DNA from: an uncultured Actinomycetes bacterium
GTDB lineage: Bacteria; Actinomycetota; Thermoleophilia; UBA2241
Assembly (NCBI GenBank): GCA_963725665.1
Contig: CAVRZA010000003.1
Coordinates: 64,001-128,000, forward strand
Direction: 5' to 3'
Length of the DNA stretch: 64,000 nt
The position numbers and the translations under genes were made by a program. Under the pieces are notes generated by a model that saw nothing but the letters and a program-made list of their open reading frames with translations, searched no databases and had not been told where the DNA came from. This document shows positions 53,424-64,000 of the stretch, in pieces. Each line of letters opens with the position of its first letter. Positions within the stretch are counted from its first letter, which is position 1.

Positions 53424-56400
53424 ATGAGACGTCGCAATCTGATCGTCCTCGCGTTGCTGGTGGCGATATTCACGATGCTGAGCGCCGGCGTCTTGTACGC
53501 GAAGGACGCCGCGAGCAGCCGGCCGACGATGAAGGTCATCGTCCTGCTCAAGGGCGGGGCCCAGTCCCGCGAAGTGGCCGGCAAGCTCGCGTTGCGCCAC
53601 TCGAAGGGCGTCTACCGCTATCACCTGATACCGGCGGTGGCCGCGACGATCTCCAGCGACACCCTTGCGGCGATGCGCAACGACCCCAGCGTTCTGGCCG
53701 TAGTGCCCGACCGCAGGATCCCGGCGCCCAAGGTCCCGTCGGGGGCCGAGGGGACAACCTCGGTCGGGGCGGTAGCCACCACCGGTGCACTCGAACCGGA
53801 GGCGCTGCAGCTCACCCACGCTCAGGATGCCTGGAACGTCAAGGTCAACGGTCAGGCGGTCAAGGGTCAGGGGGTCCGCGTCGGTCTGACGGACACCGGC
53901 ACAGATCCCACGCACCCCGATCTCGCCGCGGCGATCGAGGCCTACCGCGACTTCACCGGCACCGGTCTGCAGGACAACGATGGTCACGGCACCGCCACCT
54001 CGAGTTGTGTGGCTGCCCAGGGGCGGCCGGTGTTCAACCCCGAGACCGGCACCACGATGCGCGTGTCCGGCATGGCGCCGGAGGCGAAGGTCCTCATGGC
54101 CAAGGTCGGCGACCTCAACGGCGCCTACGACTCGCAGTTCATCCGCGGCATCGAGTGGCTCGTCGACGAGAAGGTCGACATCATCTCCGATAGCTGGGGA
54201 GGCTTCGCGCTGCCCCCCGACGGCAACGATCCCGTCTCCATAGCGGTCAGGGCGGCCATCGACGCCGGCATCACCTACTGCGTCTCGGCTTTCAACGAAG
54301 GCCCCGGCCAGGGCACGCTCGGCTCGCCGAGCGACGTGAAGGGCGCCCTGACTGTGGGGGCCAGCACCGGGAACCGCGAGTTCTCACAGATCCAGTTTCT
54401 CGTCAACTCACCCGGCGCCTACAAGGGCGACCAGGTGATCCTGTGGTCGAGCCGCGGACCCAACTCGCTGGGCGACTTCAAGCCCGACGTCATGGCCTTC
54501 GGCGCCTACGGGTGGGCCCTCGCGCCCATGGCCGGGGACGCCTACGGCAACGTCGGCATCCAGGAGTTCGGCGGCACCAGCATGGCGTCGCCGGTCTGTG
54601 CCGGGGTGCTCGCGCTGGCCGAGTCCGCCTGGAAGCTGGCCCACCCCGGCCGGCTCCCTGCCCGCGCCGTCGTACTGGAAGAACCTGCTGGCGAGCACGG
54701 CGACCGACCTGGGCTACCCGGCGCTCGACCAGAGCAGCGGGCTCGTCAACGCCCAGGCCGCCGTTCAGGCCGCCCTGCGGCGGGGCAAGTCGATGCTCGT
54801 CTCCGTAGGCGCGGACAAAAACAACGCCACCAGCTGGTCGCCGCGGCTGAACGCCGGCGCCGGCGCGTCGACCACGATTACGATCAAGAACACCGGCGAC
54901 GTCAAGGAGAGCGTCTGGCTCAAGCCGACAGCGTTCGTCGTCGACGACTCGCAGACGATCACCAAGGACATCACGCTGCTCGAGGCCGACGGCTACTTCG
55001 ACGCCGAGATGATCACTATCCCGGCCGGGACCCAATTCGTCCAGGCCAAGGTGACCTGGCCTTCCGGTCCCAACGTCTCGATCCGCACGGCCTGGTACGA
55101 CTCGGAGGGCAACTTCCTCACCTACGCTCCCACCTACGGCGGCTACGGTCACCTGGCTCTGGCCCAGGTCTCCCTGACCGGCCCGGCCGACCAGCGTCCG
55201 GTGCTGACGGCGGGCGAGCCGTGGGAGTTCGACATCTTCCCGCTCGGCTCGATGCCGCCGACCGGGCCAACGCAGGTCGTACACATGCAGATCCAGTTCC
55301 TGCACAAGGCGACCTGGCCGGCGATGAAGCTGTCGGCGTCGAGTCTCACCATCAAGCCGGGCAAGACCGCCAAGGTCACGGCGACGGTCAAGGCGCCGGC
55401 GGTGGCCGGCACCTCCTTCGGTCGTCTCGTCGTGGGTAACGGCTCGACCAGGACCACCGTGCCGGTGTCGATCCGCGTGCCGGTCAAGATGCTCAACGGG
55501 CAGGGCGCCTTCAACGGCGCCGTCACAGGGTCGACAGTCCAGTACAACGGCGGGGAGTTCTACTTCTACGATTTCAGCGTTCCCAGCGGCACGAGCTCGG
55601 TCACGGCCTCGCTGACGTGGCCGGATCAAGGCAACCTCATCAACCTGTACCTGGTCGATCCCAGCGGCAACGTCCGTGACGCCAAGGGCGGCGACCTCGT
55701 GTCGTACCCCGACTACTCGGCCTTCACCGTGCCCGACTCGGCGTTCACGCACACCGCCGAGCAGGTGCTCTGGGATGCTCCGCGGGCGGGCAAGTGGCAG
55801 TTGATCGTCTGGGCGCCCGGCTTCTCGGGGGATTCCTTCGCGGAGTCCTTCACGGGCAGCATCACGCTTGGGGCGGGCATCGTCGGCCCGACGACCTGGA
55901 CGGCGAGCGCGGCGGCGGGAACGCAGGTGAGCAACGACTTCACGGTCACCAACGGCGGCCCGACGGCGCTCGACGCCTACGCGGAGAGCCAGGCCGTCTG
56001 GAACAGCATGCCGCAGTCACAGGATCTCGTTCTGACTCCGGCGACGGGCAAGCTCGCGCCGGATCTCGATGGCTATCTCGCCGCCTACGCCTTCACGCTG
56101 CCCCAGAACGTGTCGCTGCTGTCGTGCGCGGTGTCGTGGACAGGGCCCGATCAGCTCGTCGACCTGAGTCTCTACGACCCGGTGGGGACCAGCAAGTCGA
56201 CGAGCCTCGCCATGACGGCCCTGGGCAACTACGCCATCGTCCCCAACCCGATGGCGGGGTTGTGGTCGGTCGCGCTGGGATACGGGAACCAGGCCGTGCC
56301 GGCGCAAGAGCTCGACTACACCCTCACGGTCGACTACGTAGCACCCGTCCCGGTCGGCGGGCTGACTTCATCGGCCGGCTTCGACACGCCCGTCGCAGTG

Positions 56401-56568
56401 GCACCGGGGGGCACGGGCACGATCCACGTCTCGATCGACGTGCCCGCTGACGCTCTGCCGGGCGACGTCATCGAGGGCACGCTCGACTTCTACACGGTCG
56501 CCGACGGGGTGGAGGCCGCCGGTGGCGACCACCTGGGGTCGGTGCCGGTGACCATCACCGTGCAGTAA
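53424..56568 (+). pseudogene. Secreted subtilisin-like S8 protease, frameshifted near 54642-54660 (possibly a sequencing error)
   Basis: Signal peptide, I9-like prodomain and TDTG/HGT/GTSMAS triad lie in the first frame; ATDLGY...GLVNA and the beta-rich/PPC-like domains continue in the +1 frame. Confidence 0.85.
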
Positions 56569-56613
56569 GGGCGAAGGGGGGCCGTACAGGCCCGACGAGC
56601 CCTGACGACGACC

Positions 56614-56653
56614 GGCGGGGCCGGCGGCCACGATCGTGGCCGCCGGCCCCGCC
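56614..56653. terminator. GC hairpin after the protease
   Basis: GGCGGGGCCGGCGGCCAC-GATC-GTGGCCGCCGGCCCCGCC. Confidence 0.65.
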
Positions 56654-56728
56654 CCCATTCACTGAACGTGCCAGGGACATTCACGCGGCGTCGAGCGGCC
56701 CTCAGCTTCCGTCGCGACGCGTCACCCC

Positions 56729-57100
56729 TCAGGTCTCCGAGTGCCCCGTCACCTTCTCGTCGGGGATCTCGGCCGTCGAGGCGAAGCCGGTGTGCCGCTG
56801 AGCGTCGGGACGCGGCCCGGCGACGATGCTCTGCTCGGCGAGCTTCGCCTCGAGGATGTCCACGCGGCGTCCGAGCTCCTCGACGCGCGTCGCCTGGTCT
56901 GGGAACAGTGTCTTGAAGGCGTTGCGGCGCACCTCGTCGCGCGCCGCCTCGCCGCGGGTCATGACGTCGTCGAGGGTTCGCGCGAGGCGCTCCTGGGCGA
57001 CGCCGGTCAGGCCGGCGAGCAGTTCGATGAAGCCTCGCCGGCCCTGCTCGTCGCGGTCGCTGTCGGGGGCGTTATCGACGTCTTCCACGGGATCGTCCAT
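56729..57100 (-). CDS. Small coiled-coil protein, phasin-like
   Basis: GLTGVAQER...LDDVMTRGE...VEELGRRVDILEAKL; AAAGGAGG RBS. Confidence 0.55.
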   Translation of the reverse strand: MDDPVEDVDNAPDSDRDEQGRRGFIELLAGLTGVAQERLARTLDDVMTRGEAARDEVRRNAFKTLFPDQATRVEELGRRVDILEAKLAEQSIVAGPRPDAQRHTGFASTAEIPDEKVTGHSET

Positions 57101-57218
57101 CGGTCCCTCCTTTCGCTGCCTCGAGGCTATATACCCAACCCGAGTCGTGCCTTGCCGTGCCGTTTGCCCGAGTCTATACTCGTGGGCCTGCGGGAGACGA
57201 TGTCCTCCCGCGTCGCGT

Positions 57219-57307
57219 GTCGGAATGGCGGAATTGGTAGACGCGCTAGGTTGAGGGCCTAGTGAGGGCTTTTCCTCATGGGGGTTCAAGTCCCCCTTCC
57301 GACACCA
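57219..57307 (+). tRNA. tRNA-Leu(GAG)
   Basis: GTCGGAA/TTCCGAC acceptor stem with ACCA; D-loop AATTGGTAGAC; anticodon arm CTAGG-TTGAGGG-CCTAG; long variable arm; GGTTCAAGTCC. Confidence 0.96.
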
Positions 57308-57454
57308 CCTCCTTGCTTCCTCGTCCCACTGTCTCCTGTTCGTTCCGCGGCCGTCGCCTCCGGTTTGGTCCGGTCGTGCGACGGATATGCTGAGAGGCGG
57401 TCGGCAACGTACCGCGCGCTTGAGGGGTCGCGGACACGAGACGAGGAGGAGACC

Positions 57455-57886
57455 ATGGGACGGCCGAACGTATCCAGTGAGCTACTAGACCTGCTGAACA
57501 GCGCCATCGCGCGAGAGCTGCAGGTGTCGATCCAGTACATGTGGCAGCACGTCCTCTGGAGCGGCGTGCAGGGATACGCCGTGAAGGACGAGCTCAGGTC
57601 CATAGGCATCACGGAGATGAAGCACGCCGAGGCGATCGCCGAGCGGCTCAACTACCTGGGGGGCACCCCGACGACCAAGCCGGAGCCGATCTTCGTCGGC
57701 GAGACCCTGAAGGAGATGCTCGAGCGCGACAAGGCCGACGAAGAGGGCGCGCTCGTTCTCTACCGCGAGATCGTGAAGAAGGCGGGAGACGAGGGCGACG
57801 TCGTCACCAAGCAGCTCTTCAAGAACATCCTCACCGACGAGGAGGAGCACCACGACACGTTCACGAGCCTCCTCGAGGGGATGTGA
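57455..57886 (+). CDS. Ferritin-like/bacterioferritin-like protein
   Basis: RELQVSIQYMWQH, EMKHAE, DEE...Y, DEEEHH. Confidence 0.9.
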   Translation: MGRPNVSSELLDLLNSAIARELQVSIQYMWQHVLWSGVQGYAVKDELRSIGITEMKHAEAIAERLNYLGGTPTTKPEPIFVGETLKEMLERDKADEEGALVLYREIVKKAGDEGDVVTKQLFKNILTDEEEHHDTFTSLLEGM

Positions 57887-57909
57887 GTGAACCCGGATCT
57901 TGAGAGGCT

Positions 57910-58341
57910 CTAGAGACCCCGCCAAAGGGCGAGACCGGTCACCTCGTCGTGCTCGCGTTCGAGCAGCTCGCCGCTGAACTCCACGAGGAGCAGCTCGCAG
58001 GCGAAGATCTCGCAGCCCGCGGCGAGGTGGCCGCCGTACATGCGTCCCTCGTCGTCGCCGAAGGCCGCGTGCGCGTGCACGGCCGGCTGGCCGTCGCGCA
58101 GTGAGACGTTGCCGGTGAGCGACACGATCTCCAACTGGCGGTCGATGGCGAACTCCCAGTACGCTCTGCCGTCCTGGTCGTAGTAGGCGAGGCGCGCCCG
58201 CTTCACGGCGCCGATGGCCCAGCAGTGGGCGAGCTCGACGTGGTGCTCAGAGGCGACCCTGAGGATCTCGTCGATGAGATCGGCGCCGTGCGTCAGGCGC
58301 GCCATGATGCGTTTGCCGTCGCCAAGCTCTACGCTACCCAT
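57910..58341 (-). CDS. PPC/DUF296 domain protein
   Basis: AIGAV, EIVSLTGN, HAHA, GGHL. Confidence 0.9.
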   Translation of the reverse strand: MGSVELGDGKRIMARLTHGADLIDEILRVASEHHVELAHCWAIGAVKRARLAYYDQDGRAYWEFAIDRQLEIVSLTGNVSLRDGQPAVHAHAAFGDDEGRMYGGHLAAGCEIFACELLLVEFSGELLEREHDEVTGLALWRGL

Positions 58342-58464
58342 TGTCCCTCCGTCTCCTGGGCACTTCGCCGGCCCGCTCGCCCTGTCGGCCGCCCGTTGGC
58401 CGACGGCCGCCCTTGTCGTGCTCCTCTGCTGCTCCCGCGCCCTATCCGCTCCCGCGGCCTATCT

Positions 58465-59505
58465 CTACGCCGCGCGGGGGGGACGTTCCTGCTCCGGCCG
58501 CACCCGCACCTCGTTCGTCAGGGGGCGGCCGGACGCGAACTCCTCGATGTTCGCCAGCGTGGTGCGGGCTATGTCGCGCAGCGCCTGCGCGGTGAAATAG
58601 CCCTGGTGGCCGGTGACGATCACGTTGGGGAAAGTCAAGAGGCGCGAGAGGGTGTCGTCCTCGATCACGCGGGTCGAGAAGTCCTCGAAGAAGTACTCCG
58701 CCTCCTCCTCGTAGACGTCGAGCCCTAGGTAGCCGATGCGTCCCGACTTCAAGCCGCGTATCACGGCGGCCGTGTCGATGAGCCCGCCCCGGCTCGTGTT
58801 GATGAGCATCACGCCGGGCTTCATCTTGAGAACGGCCTCACGGTCGATGAGGTGGTGGGTCTCGGGCAGCAGCGGGCAGTGCAGCGAGACGATGTCGGAC
58901 TCCGCGAGGAGGTCGTCGAGGTGCGTGTAGCGCACTCCGAGAGCGGCTAGCGCGTCGCTGGGGGCTATGTCGCTGGCCAGCACGCGCACGCCGAGCCCCA
59001 GCAGGACACGTGCCACGATGCTCCCGATCTTGCCCGTCCCGACGACCCCGGCCGTCTTGCCGTGGAGATCGAACCCGAGCAGCCCGTCGAGCGAGAAGTT
59101 GCCTTCACGCACACGCGTGTAGGCTCGGGGCAGCTTGCGGTTCAGGGCCAACACCAGGGCCAGGGTGAACTCGGCGACGGCGTAGGGCGAGTAGTCGGGG
59201 ACCCGCGCCACGGTGATCCCGAGTTCGGCCGCGGCGCCGAGGTCGATGTTGTTGAAGCCCGCCGAGCGCAATGCGATGAGGCGTGTGCCGTGGCGCGCCA
59301 GCTCCTGCAGGACCGGCCGCGAGAGCTCGTCGTTCACGAAGGCGCAGACGACCGGGAAGCCGCGCGCGAGAGCGGCGGTGCTCTCGGTCAGGCGCGCCTC
59401 GAAGAAGGTGAGCCCGACGTCGAAGCCGCCGCTCTCGCGCGCGGCCGATAGGGACTCCTCGTCGTAGCGCTTGGTGCTGAACACGGCGACACGCATCGCC
59501 GGCAT
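58465..59505 (-). CDS. ldhA: D-lactate/D-2-hydroxyacid dehydrogenase
   Basis: [44 protein letters not shown]. Confidence 0.88.
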   Translation of the reverse strand: MPAMRVAVFSTKRYDEESLSAARESGGFDVGLTFFEARLTESTAALARGFPVVCAFVNDELSRPVLQELARHGTRLIALRSAGFNNIDLGAAAELGITVARVPDYSPYAVAEFTLALVLALNRKLPRAYTRVREGNFSLDGLLGFDLHGKTAGVVGTGKIGSIVARVLLGLGVRVLASDIAPSDALAALGVRYTHLDDLLAESDIVSLHCPLLPETHHLIDREAVLKMKPGVMLINTSRGGLIDTAAVIRGLKSGRIGYLGLDVYEEEAEYFFEDFSTRVIEDDTLSRLLTFPNVIVTGHQGYFTAQALRDIARTTLANIEEFASGRPLTNEVRVRPEQERPPRAA

Positions 59506-59638
59506 CGTTCTCTACACCTCGTGGTCGACTGATCGCCGTCTGGCTTTGTGCCCCGTGTTCCTACGGGCAAACACACGACTCACGAGGAGCCGACTGGCCC
59601 ACGATACGCGGCCTTTCCTCTGCGCTACAATCGGGGTC

Positions 59639-62248
59639 GTGACTGATGACCCCCTGAACGGCCGCCTCTTTCTCGTCGACGGCAACAGCCTCGCCTACCG
59701 CGCCTACTTCGCGCTGCCCGAGACGATCGCCACCAGTGAGGGCTTTCCCACCAACGCTCTGTACGGCTTCGCCGCCATGCTCCTCAAGGTGCTGGCGGAG
59801 TTCGCTCCCGCCAACGTCGTCGTGGCCTGGGACGCGCGCGAGCGCACCTTCCGGCACGAGGACTACGAGGAGTACAAGGCGGGGCGCAAGCCGATGCCGG
59901 ACTTGCTGCAGCAGCAGTGGCCGTACTTCGAGGACCTCGTCGCCGCCTTCGGCTTCCCGAGCCTGAAGAAGGAGGGCTTCGAGGCCGACGATATCCTCGC
60001 CACGCTGGCCGAGGAGGCCAAGCGCCAGGGGGTCAGGTCGGTGATCGTCACCGGCGACCGCGACATGCTGCAGCTCGTCGACGACGACATCTCGGTCATG
60101 GCCAACACCAAGGGAGTGAGCGAGGTCGTGGTCTATACGCCGCAGAAGGTCATCGAGCGCTACGGCGTCACGCCCGACAAGGTGCCCGACTTCATCGGCC
60201 TCAAGGGAGACAGCTCCGACAACATCCCGGGGATCCCCGGCGTGGGGGAGAAGACCGCGGCGCAGCTCGTGCAGCAGTTCGGTTCCGTGGAGAACCTCTA
60301 CGAGCACCTCTCTGAGGCCGGCTCGGCCAAGCGTCAGGCGCTTCTGGCCGAGCACGAGCAAGAGGCGCGCCTCTCAAAGCAGCTTGCGCAGCAGGTTACC
60401 GATGTGCCCCTCGAGGCCGACGTCGAGGCGCTCATCGGCGGCAGCGGTTACGCGCCGCCGCTGGCGAGCATCGAGGAGTTCTTCAACCGCTACGAGATGG
60501 CCAGCCTGGCGCGGCGGGTGCGCGAGCTCGTCGGCGCGGAGGCCGCGCCGCAGGCGCCGGCCTTCGCGCTCCCCAAGCTCGCGCTCGAAGAGGGCGCGGG
60601 ACCGCTGGCCGTGCTCCTCGAACACGGCGAGACGGCGCTCGCGGCCGTGCCGCTCGACGACGAGACGCTGAGCCTCGGCGGTCAGACGCTGGCGACGGCG
60701 GCCTACGCCGGCGGCGAGGCCGCCGTCGCCGCCGCCGTCGCCGACGACCAGTGGCCGGCGCTGTGGCGCTGCGCGGCCCATGTGATCGCCCACGACGCCA
60801 AGTCGCTGCCCGCCTTCGCCACGGCGCCGGCCGACCCCGCCTTCGATACGGCCATCGCCGCCTACCTGATCGCCCCCGAGCGCGTCGACCGCGACCTCTT
60901 TCGCCTCATGAAGGTGGGGGAGGAGACCCTCATCGAAGGGCCCCAGGCCGAGGCGAAGGCGGCCACGCGGGCCGTGCTCACATGGCGCCTCGCCGAGCAG
61001 CAACGGCGCAAGCTCGTCGAGCTCGATCTCGAGCGCCTCTTCCGCGAGATCGAGCTCCCGCTGGCGCGCATCCTGGCGCGCATGGAAGCAGTGGGCGTGA
61101 AGATGGACCCGTACCGTCTGGGAGAGATCACGGCGCGGGTGCGCGACCGCGTCGACGAGCTGACCGACCGCATCCACACGCTGGCCGGCGGGCCGTTCAC
61201 GATCGGCTCGCCGCAACAGCTCGGGGAGGTCCTCTTCTCGCGTCTCGGGTTGCCGCCGGCGCGCAAGGGCAAGACGGGCTTCTCGACCGACGCCTCGGTG
61301 CTCAAGACGCTGCGCGACCAGCACCCCATCGTGGCCGCCGTCGAGGAGTGGCGCGAGCTGACCAAGCTCCTCAACACGTACCTCGACCCGCTGCCGCAGC
61401 GTCTCGACCCGCAGACGGGGCGGCTGCACACGACCTTCAACCAGACCGTGGCCAGCACGGGCCGCCTCTCGAGCAGCAACCCGAACCTGCAGAACATCCC
61501 CATCAGGGGCGAGCTCGGGGCCGAGATCCGTAGCTGCTTCGTGGCCGAACCGGGGTGGCAGCTCATCGTCGCCGACTACTCGCAGATCGAGCTGCGCCTT
61601 CTGGCGTACCTCGCCGAAGAGCCTCCGCTGCTCGACTCGTTCCGGCGCGGCGAAGATGTCCACCGCGCCACGGCGGCCGCGGTGGCCGGGATCCCCCTGG
61701 AGAGCGTCACCAGCGAGCAGCGCGGTCGCGCCAAGGCGACCAACTTCGGCATCATCTACGGGCTCTCGGCGTTCGGCCTCTCCGAGCAGACCGGAATGGC
61801 GCGCGAGGAGGCCCAGGCCTTCATCGACGCCTACTACGAGCGCTACCCGCGGGTCGGGACGTACCGCCAGGAGATCATCCGCCGGGCGGCAGAAGAAGGG
61901 TACGTGACGACCGTCTTCGGCCGTCGCCGCTCGATACCCGAGCTGCGCGGGCACACCGTGCGCGAGCGCAACCTGGGTGAGCGCCTGGCGGTGAACACGG
62001 TGTTGCAGGGGAGCGCCGCCGACATCATCAAGGTGGCCATGATCCGCGCCGAAGAGGAGCTCGCCGCGCAAGGCTTGGGGACCCGCCTGGTGCTGCAGAT
62101 CCACGACGAGCTCATCTTCGAGGCGCCGCAAGACGAGGTGAAGGCTGCGGTGCCCCTGGTGCGCGAGGCGATGTGCGGCGCCTACGAGATGGATCCGCCG
62201 CTCGACGTGTCGATCGGCGTCGGCGAGAACTGGCTCGCGGCCAAGTAG
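59639..62248 (+). CDS. polA: DNA polymerase I
   Basis: DGNSLAYRAY, EADD, GDSSDNIPG, TGRLSSSNPNLQNIP, DYSQIELR, KATNFGIIYG, QIHDEL. Confidence 0.97.
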   Translation: MTDDPLNGRLFLVDGNSLAYRAYFALPETIATSEGFPTNALYGFAAMLLKVLAEFAPANVVVAWDARERTFRHEDYEEYKAGRKPMPDLLQQQWPYFEDLVAAFGFPSLKKEGFEADDILATLAEEAKRQGVRSVIVTGDRDMLQLVDDDISVMANTKGVSEVVVYTPQKVIERYGVTPDKVPDFIGLKGDSSDNIPGIPGVGEKTAAQLVQQFGSVENLYEHLSEAGSAKRQALLAEHEQEARLSKQLAQQVTDVPLEADVEALIGGSGYAPPLASIEEFFNRYEMASLARRVRELVGAEAAPQAPAFALPKLALEEGAGPLAVLLEHGETALAAVPLDDETLSLGGQTLATAAYAGGEAAVAAAVADDQWPALWRCAAHVIAHDAKSLPAFATAPADPAFDTAIAAYLIAPERVDRDLFRLMKVGEETLIEGPQAEAKAATRAVLTWRLAEQQRRKLVELDLERLFREIELPLARILARMEAVGVKMDPYRLGEITARVRDRVDELTDRIHTLAGGPFTIGSPQQLGEVLFSRLGLPPARKGKTGFSTDASVLKTLRDQHPIVAAVEEWRELTKLLNTYLDPLPQRLDPQTGRLHTTFNQTVASTGRLSSSNPNLQNIPIRGELGAEIRSCFVAEPGWQLIVADYSQIELRLLAYLAEEPPLLDSFRRGEDVHRATAAAVAGIPLESVTSEQRGRAKATNFGIIYGLSAFGLSEQTGMAREEAQAFIDAYYERYPRVGTYRQEIIRRAAEEGYVTTVFGRRRSIPELRGHTVRERNLGERLAVNTVLQGSAADIIKVAMIRAEEELAAQGLGTRLVLQIHDELIFEAPQDEVKAAVPLVREAMCGAYEMDPPLDVSIGVGENWLAAK

Positions 62249-62476
62249 CACTCGCGGCGCGCGACGCGCTGGCGCAGTCGGCGCGGGCACGACGCACAGC
62301 CGGCCCCGTCGACGCCCGCGTGCCCAGTCACGCAGGGCCCGCGACGCGCCCGGCGTCCCCGTGCTTGTCGGGTGGTATACTCTCTCAGTTTGCCTCCGCT
62401 TGCGGCCCTTGGCGAAGGCGGACTCCCTGGCAGCGACCGGCCGCGCTTTTCTTTGATGGGAGGAATCGAATCGTTC

Positions 62477-64000
62477 ATGGCAGAGACAGAAGAGAACATC
62501 AAGATCGTTGAAGGGAGTGATGGCTACCTCAAAGAGGTCGACGGCGAGATAGTCCCCAACTACGACGCCACCATCAACATCTTCAACGAGGGCGATATCG
62601 TCACGGGCTTGGTGGTGCGCATCGACAAGGACGAGGTCCTGGTCGACATCGGCTACAAGTCCGAGGGCGTCATCCCGGTCAGCGAGCTGTCGATCCGCAA
62701 GTCCGTCAACACCGCCGAAGAGGTCACCATGGGCGAGGAGATCGACGCTCTGGTGATGCAGAAAGAAGATTCCGACGGCCGCCTCATCCTGTCGAAGAAG
62801 CGGGCCAAGTTCGAGAAGGCGTGGAAGCGCATCGAGGCCGCCCACGAGAGCGGCGAGCCTGTGCAGGGCACCGTCATCGAGGTCGTCAAGGGCGGCTTGA
62901 TCCTCGACCTGGGCGTGCGCGGCTTCCTGCCCGCCTCGCTGGTCGACATCCGTCGCGTGCAGGACCTGGGCGAGTACGTCGGCCAGGTGCTCTCCTGCCG
63001 CGTGATCGAGATGAACCGCAACCGCAACAACGTCGTGCTCTCTCGGCGCGCGGTGCTCGAGGAGGAGCGCAAGGAAGTCCGCCAGCAGATCATCGACGAG
63101 CTCAACGTGGGCGACGTCGTCGAGGGCACGATCTCCAATATCGTCGATTTCGGCGCCTTCGTCGACCTCGACGGCATCGACGGTCTGATCCACATCTCGG
63201 AGCTCTCCTGGACGCACATCAACCACCCCTCCGAGGTGCTGCAGGTCAATCAGAAGGTCAAGGTCAAGGTCCTCGACATAGACCGCGACCGTCAGCGTAT
63301 CTCGCTGGGCCTCAAGCAGACCCAGGCCGATCCCTGGGAGCAGATCGTCTCCGAGCACAACGTGGGCGACGTGGTCGAAGGCAAGGTGACGAAGATCGTC
63401 GCCTTCGGGGCGTTCGTCGAGATCTACGCCGGGATCGAAGGCCTGGTGCACATCTCCGAGCTCGCCAACCGTCACGTCGAGCGGCCCGACGAGGTCGTCT
63501 CGGTCGGTCAAGCCGTGCCGGTGAAGGTCATCGAGATCGACTCCGACCGCCGGCGGCTGAGCCTCAGCATCAAGCGCGTCGCCGAGGGTGAGACGCCCAT
63601 GCAGGCGGGGGCGATGCAGCCGGCCGAGGCGGAGGAGGCCGAAGAGGCCGAGCCGGCCGCGGCGGTCGAGGTCGAGGAGGCTTCCGACGAGGCGATCGTC
63701 GCCGAGGAGATCGCGGCCGAGGAGCTCGCAGCCGAGGCGATCGCGGCCGAGGAGCTCGAGCCGGCCTCGGTCGAGGAGACTCCCAGCCTCGGTCTGAGCG
63801 ACGAGGTCTTCCCGGCGGGCGCGGAGTTGGCGGCGGAGGCCGAGGCTATTGAGGCCGAGGCCGAGTCTGTCGAGCCTGAGGCCGAAGCGGTCGAGGCCGA
63901 AGCCGAGGTCGTGGAGCCTGAGGCCGAGAGCGGTCGAGGCCGAAACGGAGGCTCCCGCTGTCGAACCTGCCCCGGAGGCCGAAGCCGAGGTAGCAGCCGT
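62477..64000 (+). CDS. rpsA: 30S ribosomal protein S1 (runs off the window), four S1 domains plus an acidic tail
   Basis: VDIGYKSEGVIP, VKGGLILDLG...GFLPAS, FGAFVDLDGIDGLIHISELSW, FGAFVEI...GLVHISEL; GGGAGG RBS; no stop before the window edge. Confidence 0.95.
   Translation, partial: MAETEENIKIVEGSDGYLKEVDGEIVPNYDATINIFNEGDIVTGLVVRIDKDEVLVDIGYKSEGVIPVSELSIRKSVNTAEEVTMGEEIDALVMQKEDSDGRLILSKKRAKFEKAWKRIEAAHESGEPVQGTVIEVVKGGLILDLGVRGFLPASLVDIRRVQDLGEYVGQVLSCRVIEMNRNRNNVVLSRRAVLEEERKEVRQQIIDELNVGDVVEGTISNIVDFGAFVDLDGIDGLIHISELSWTHINHPSEVLQVNQKVKVKVLDIDRDRQRISLGLKQTQADPWEQIVSEHNVGDVVEGKVTKIVAFGAFVEIYAGIEGLVHISELANRHVERPDEVVSVGQAVPVKVIEIDSDRRRLSLSIKRVAEGETPMQAGAMQPAEAEEAEEAEPAAAVEVEEASDEAIVAEEIAAEELAAEAIAAEELEPASVEETPSLGLSDEVFPAGAELAAEAEAIEAEAESVEPEAEAVEAEAEVVEPEAESGRGRNGGSRCRTCPGGRSRGSSR

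Noticed and set aside
57219-57307. tRNA-Leu as an island integration site
   Set aside because: No integrase, no duplicated tRNA 3' end and no compositional shift nearby.
60550-61000. Degenerate 3'-5' exonuclease domain of PolA
   Set aside because: Normal for actinobacterial Pol I.
60374-63511. 1045-aa minus-strand ORF and many other long antisense or alternative-frame ORFs (e.g. 96-1394, 43609-45918, 46651-49461)
   Set aside because: Shadow ORFs of real genes, expected at high GC; no recognisable motifs.

Overview
A gene-dense, GC-rich chromosomal window. The polA-rpsA order, tRNA-Leu(GAG), many apparently leaderless genes and a CGNR-family remnant suggest Actinomycetota. Radical SAM, CoA-activase, iron-sulfur flavoprotein, hemerythrin and ferritin-like genes suggest an anaerobe or microaerophile, possibly Thermoleophilia-like (inference). 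About 55 genes are supported. I see no CRISPR array, transposase, integrase or prophage. The most interesting items are: (1) a cyclase / transcarbamylase / amidinotransferase operon whose OTCase-like enzyme has an altered acceptor loop (NTWHSMA instead of DxxxSMG), suggesting a deiminase pathway for a non-arginine guanidino compound, with two deletion-scarred gene remnants inside it; (2) a leader of about 200 nt with four GGA-loop hairpins (CsrB/Rsm-like) ahead of the CoA-activase operon; (3) an HTH-5xGAF-GGDEF diguanylate cyclase; (4) an internally deleted CGNR regulator divergent from a near-consensus promoter, a palindrome and an uncalled 55-aa ORF; (5) a hemerythrin/PAS cluster with a possible c-di-GMP-I-like RNA; (6) an HTH-MNT/HEPN pair with a perfect operator; (7) a divergent HhH-GPD-like protein and an orphan Imm43-like protein. 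Single-base frameshifts in the subtilase and the rpsA tail may be sequencing errors. All family calls come from reading motifs by eye, not from database searches.
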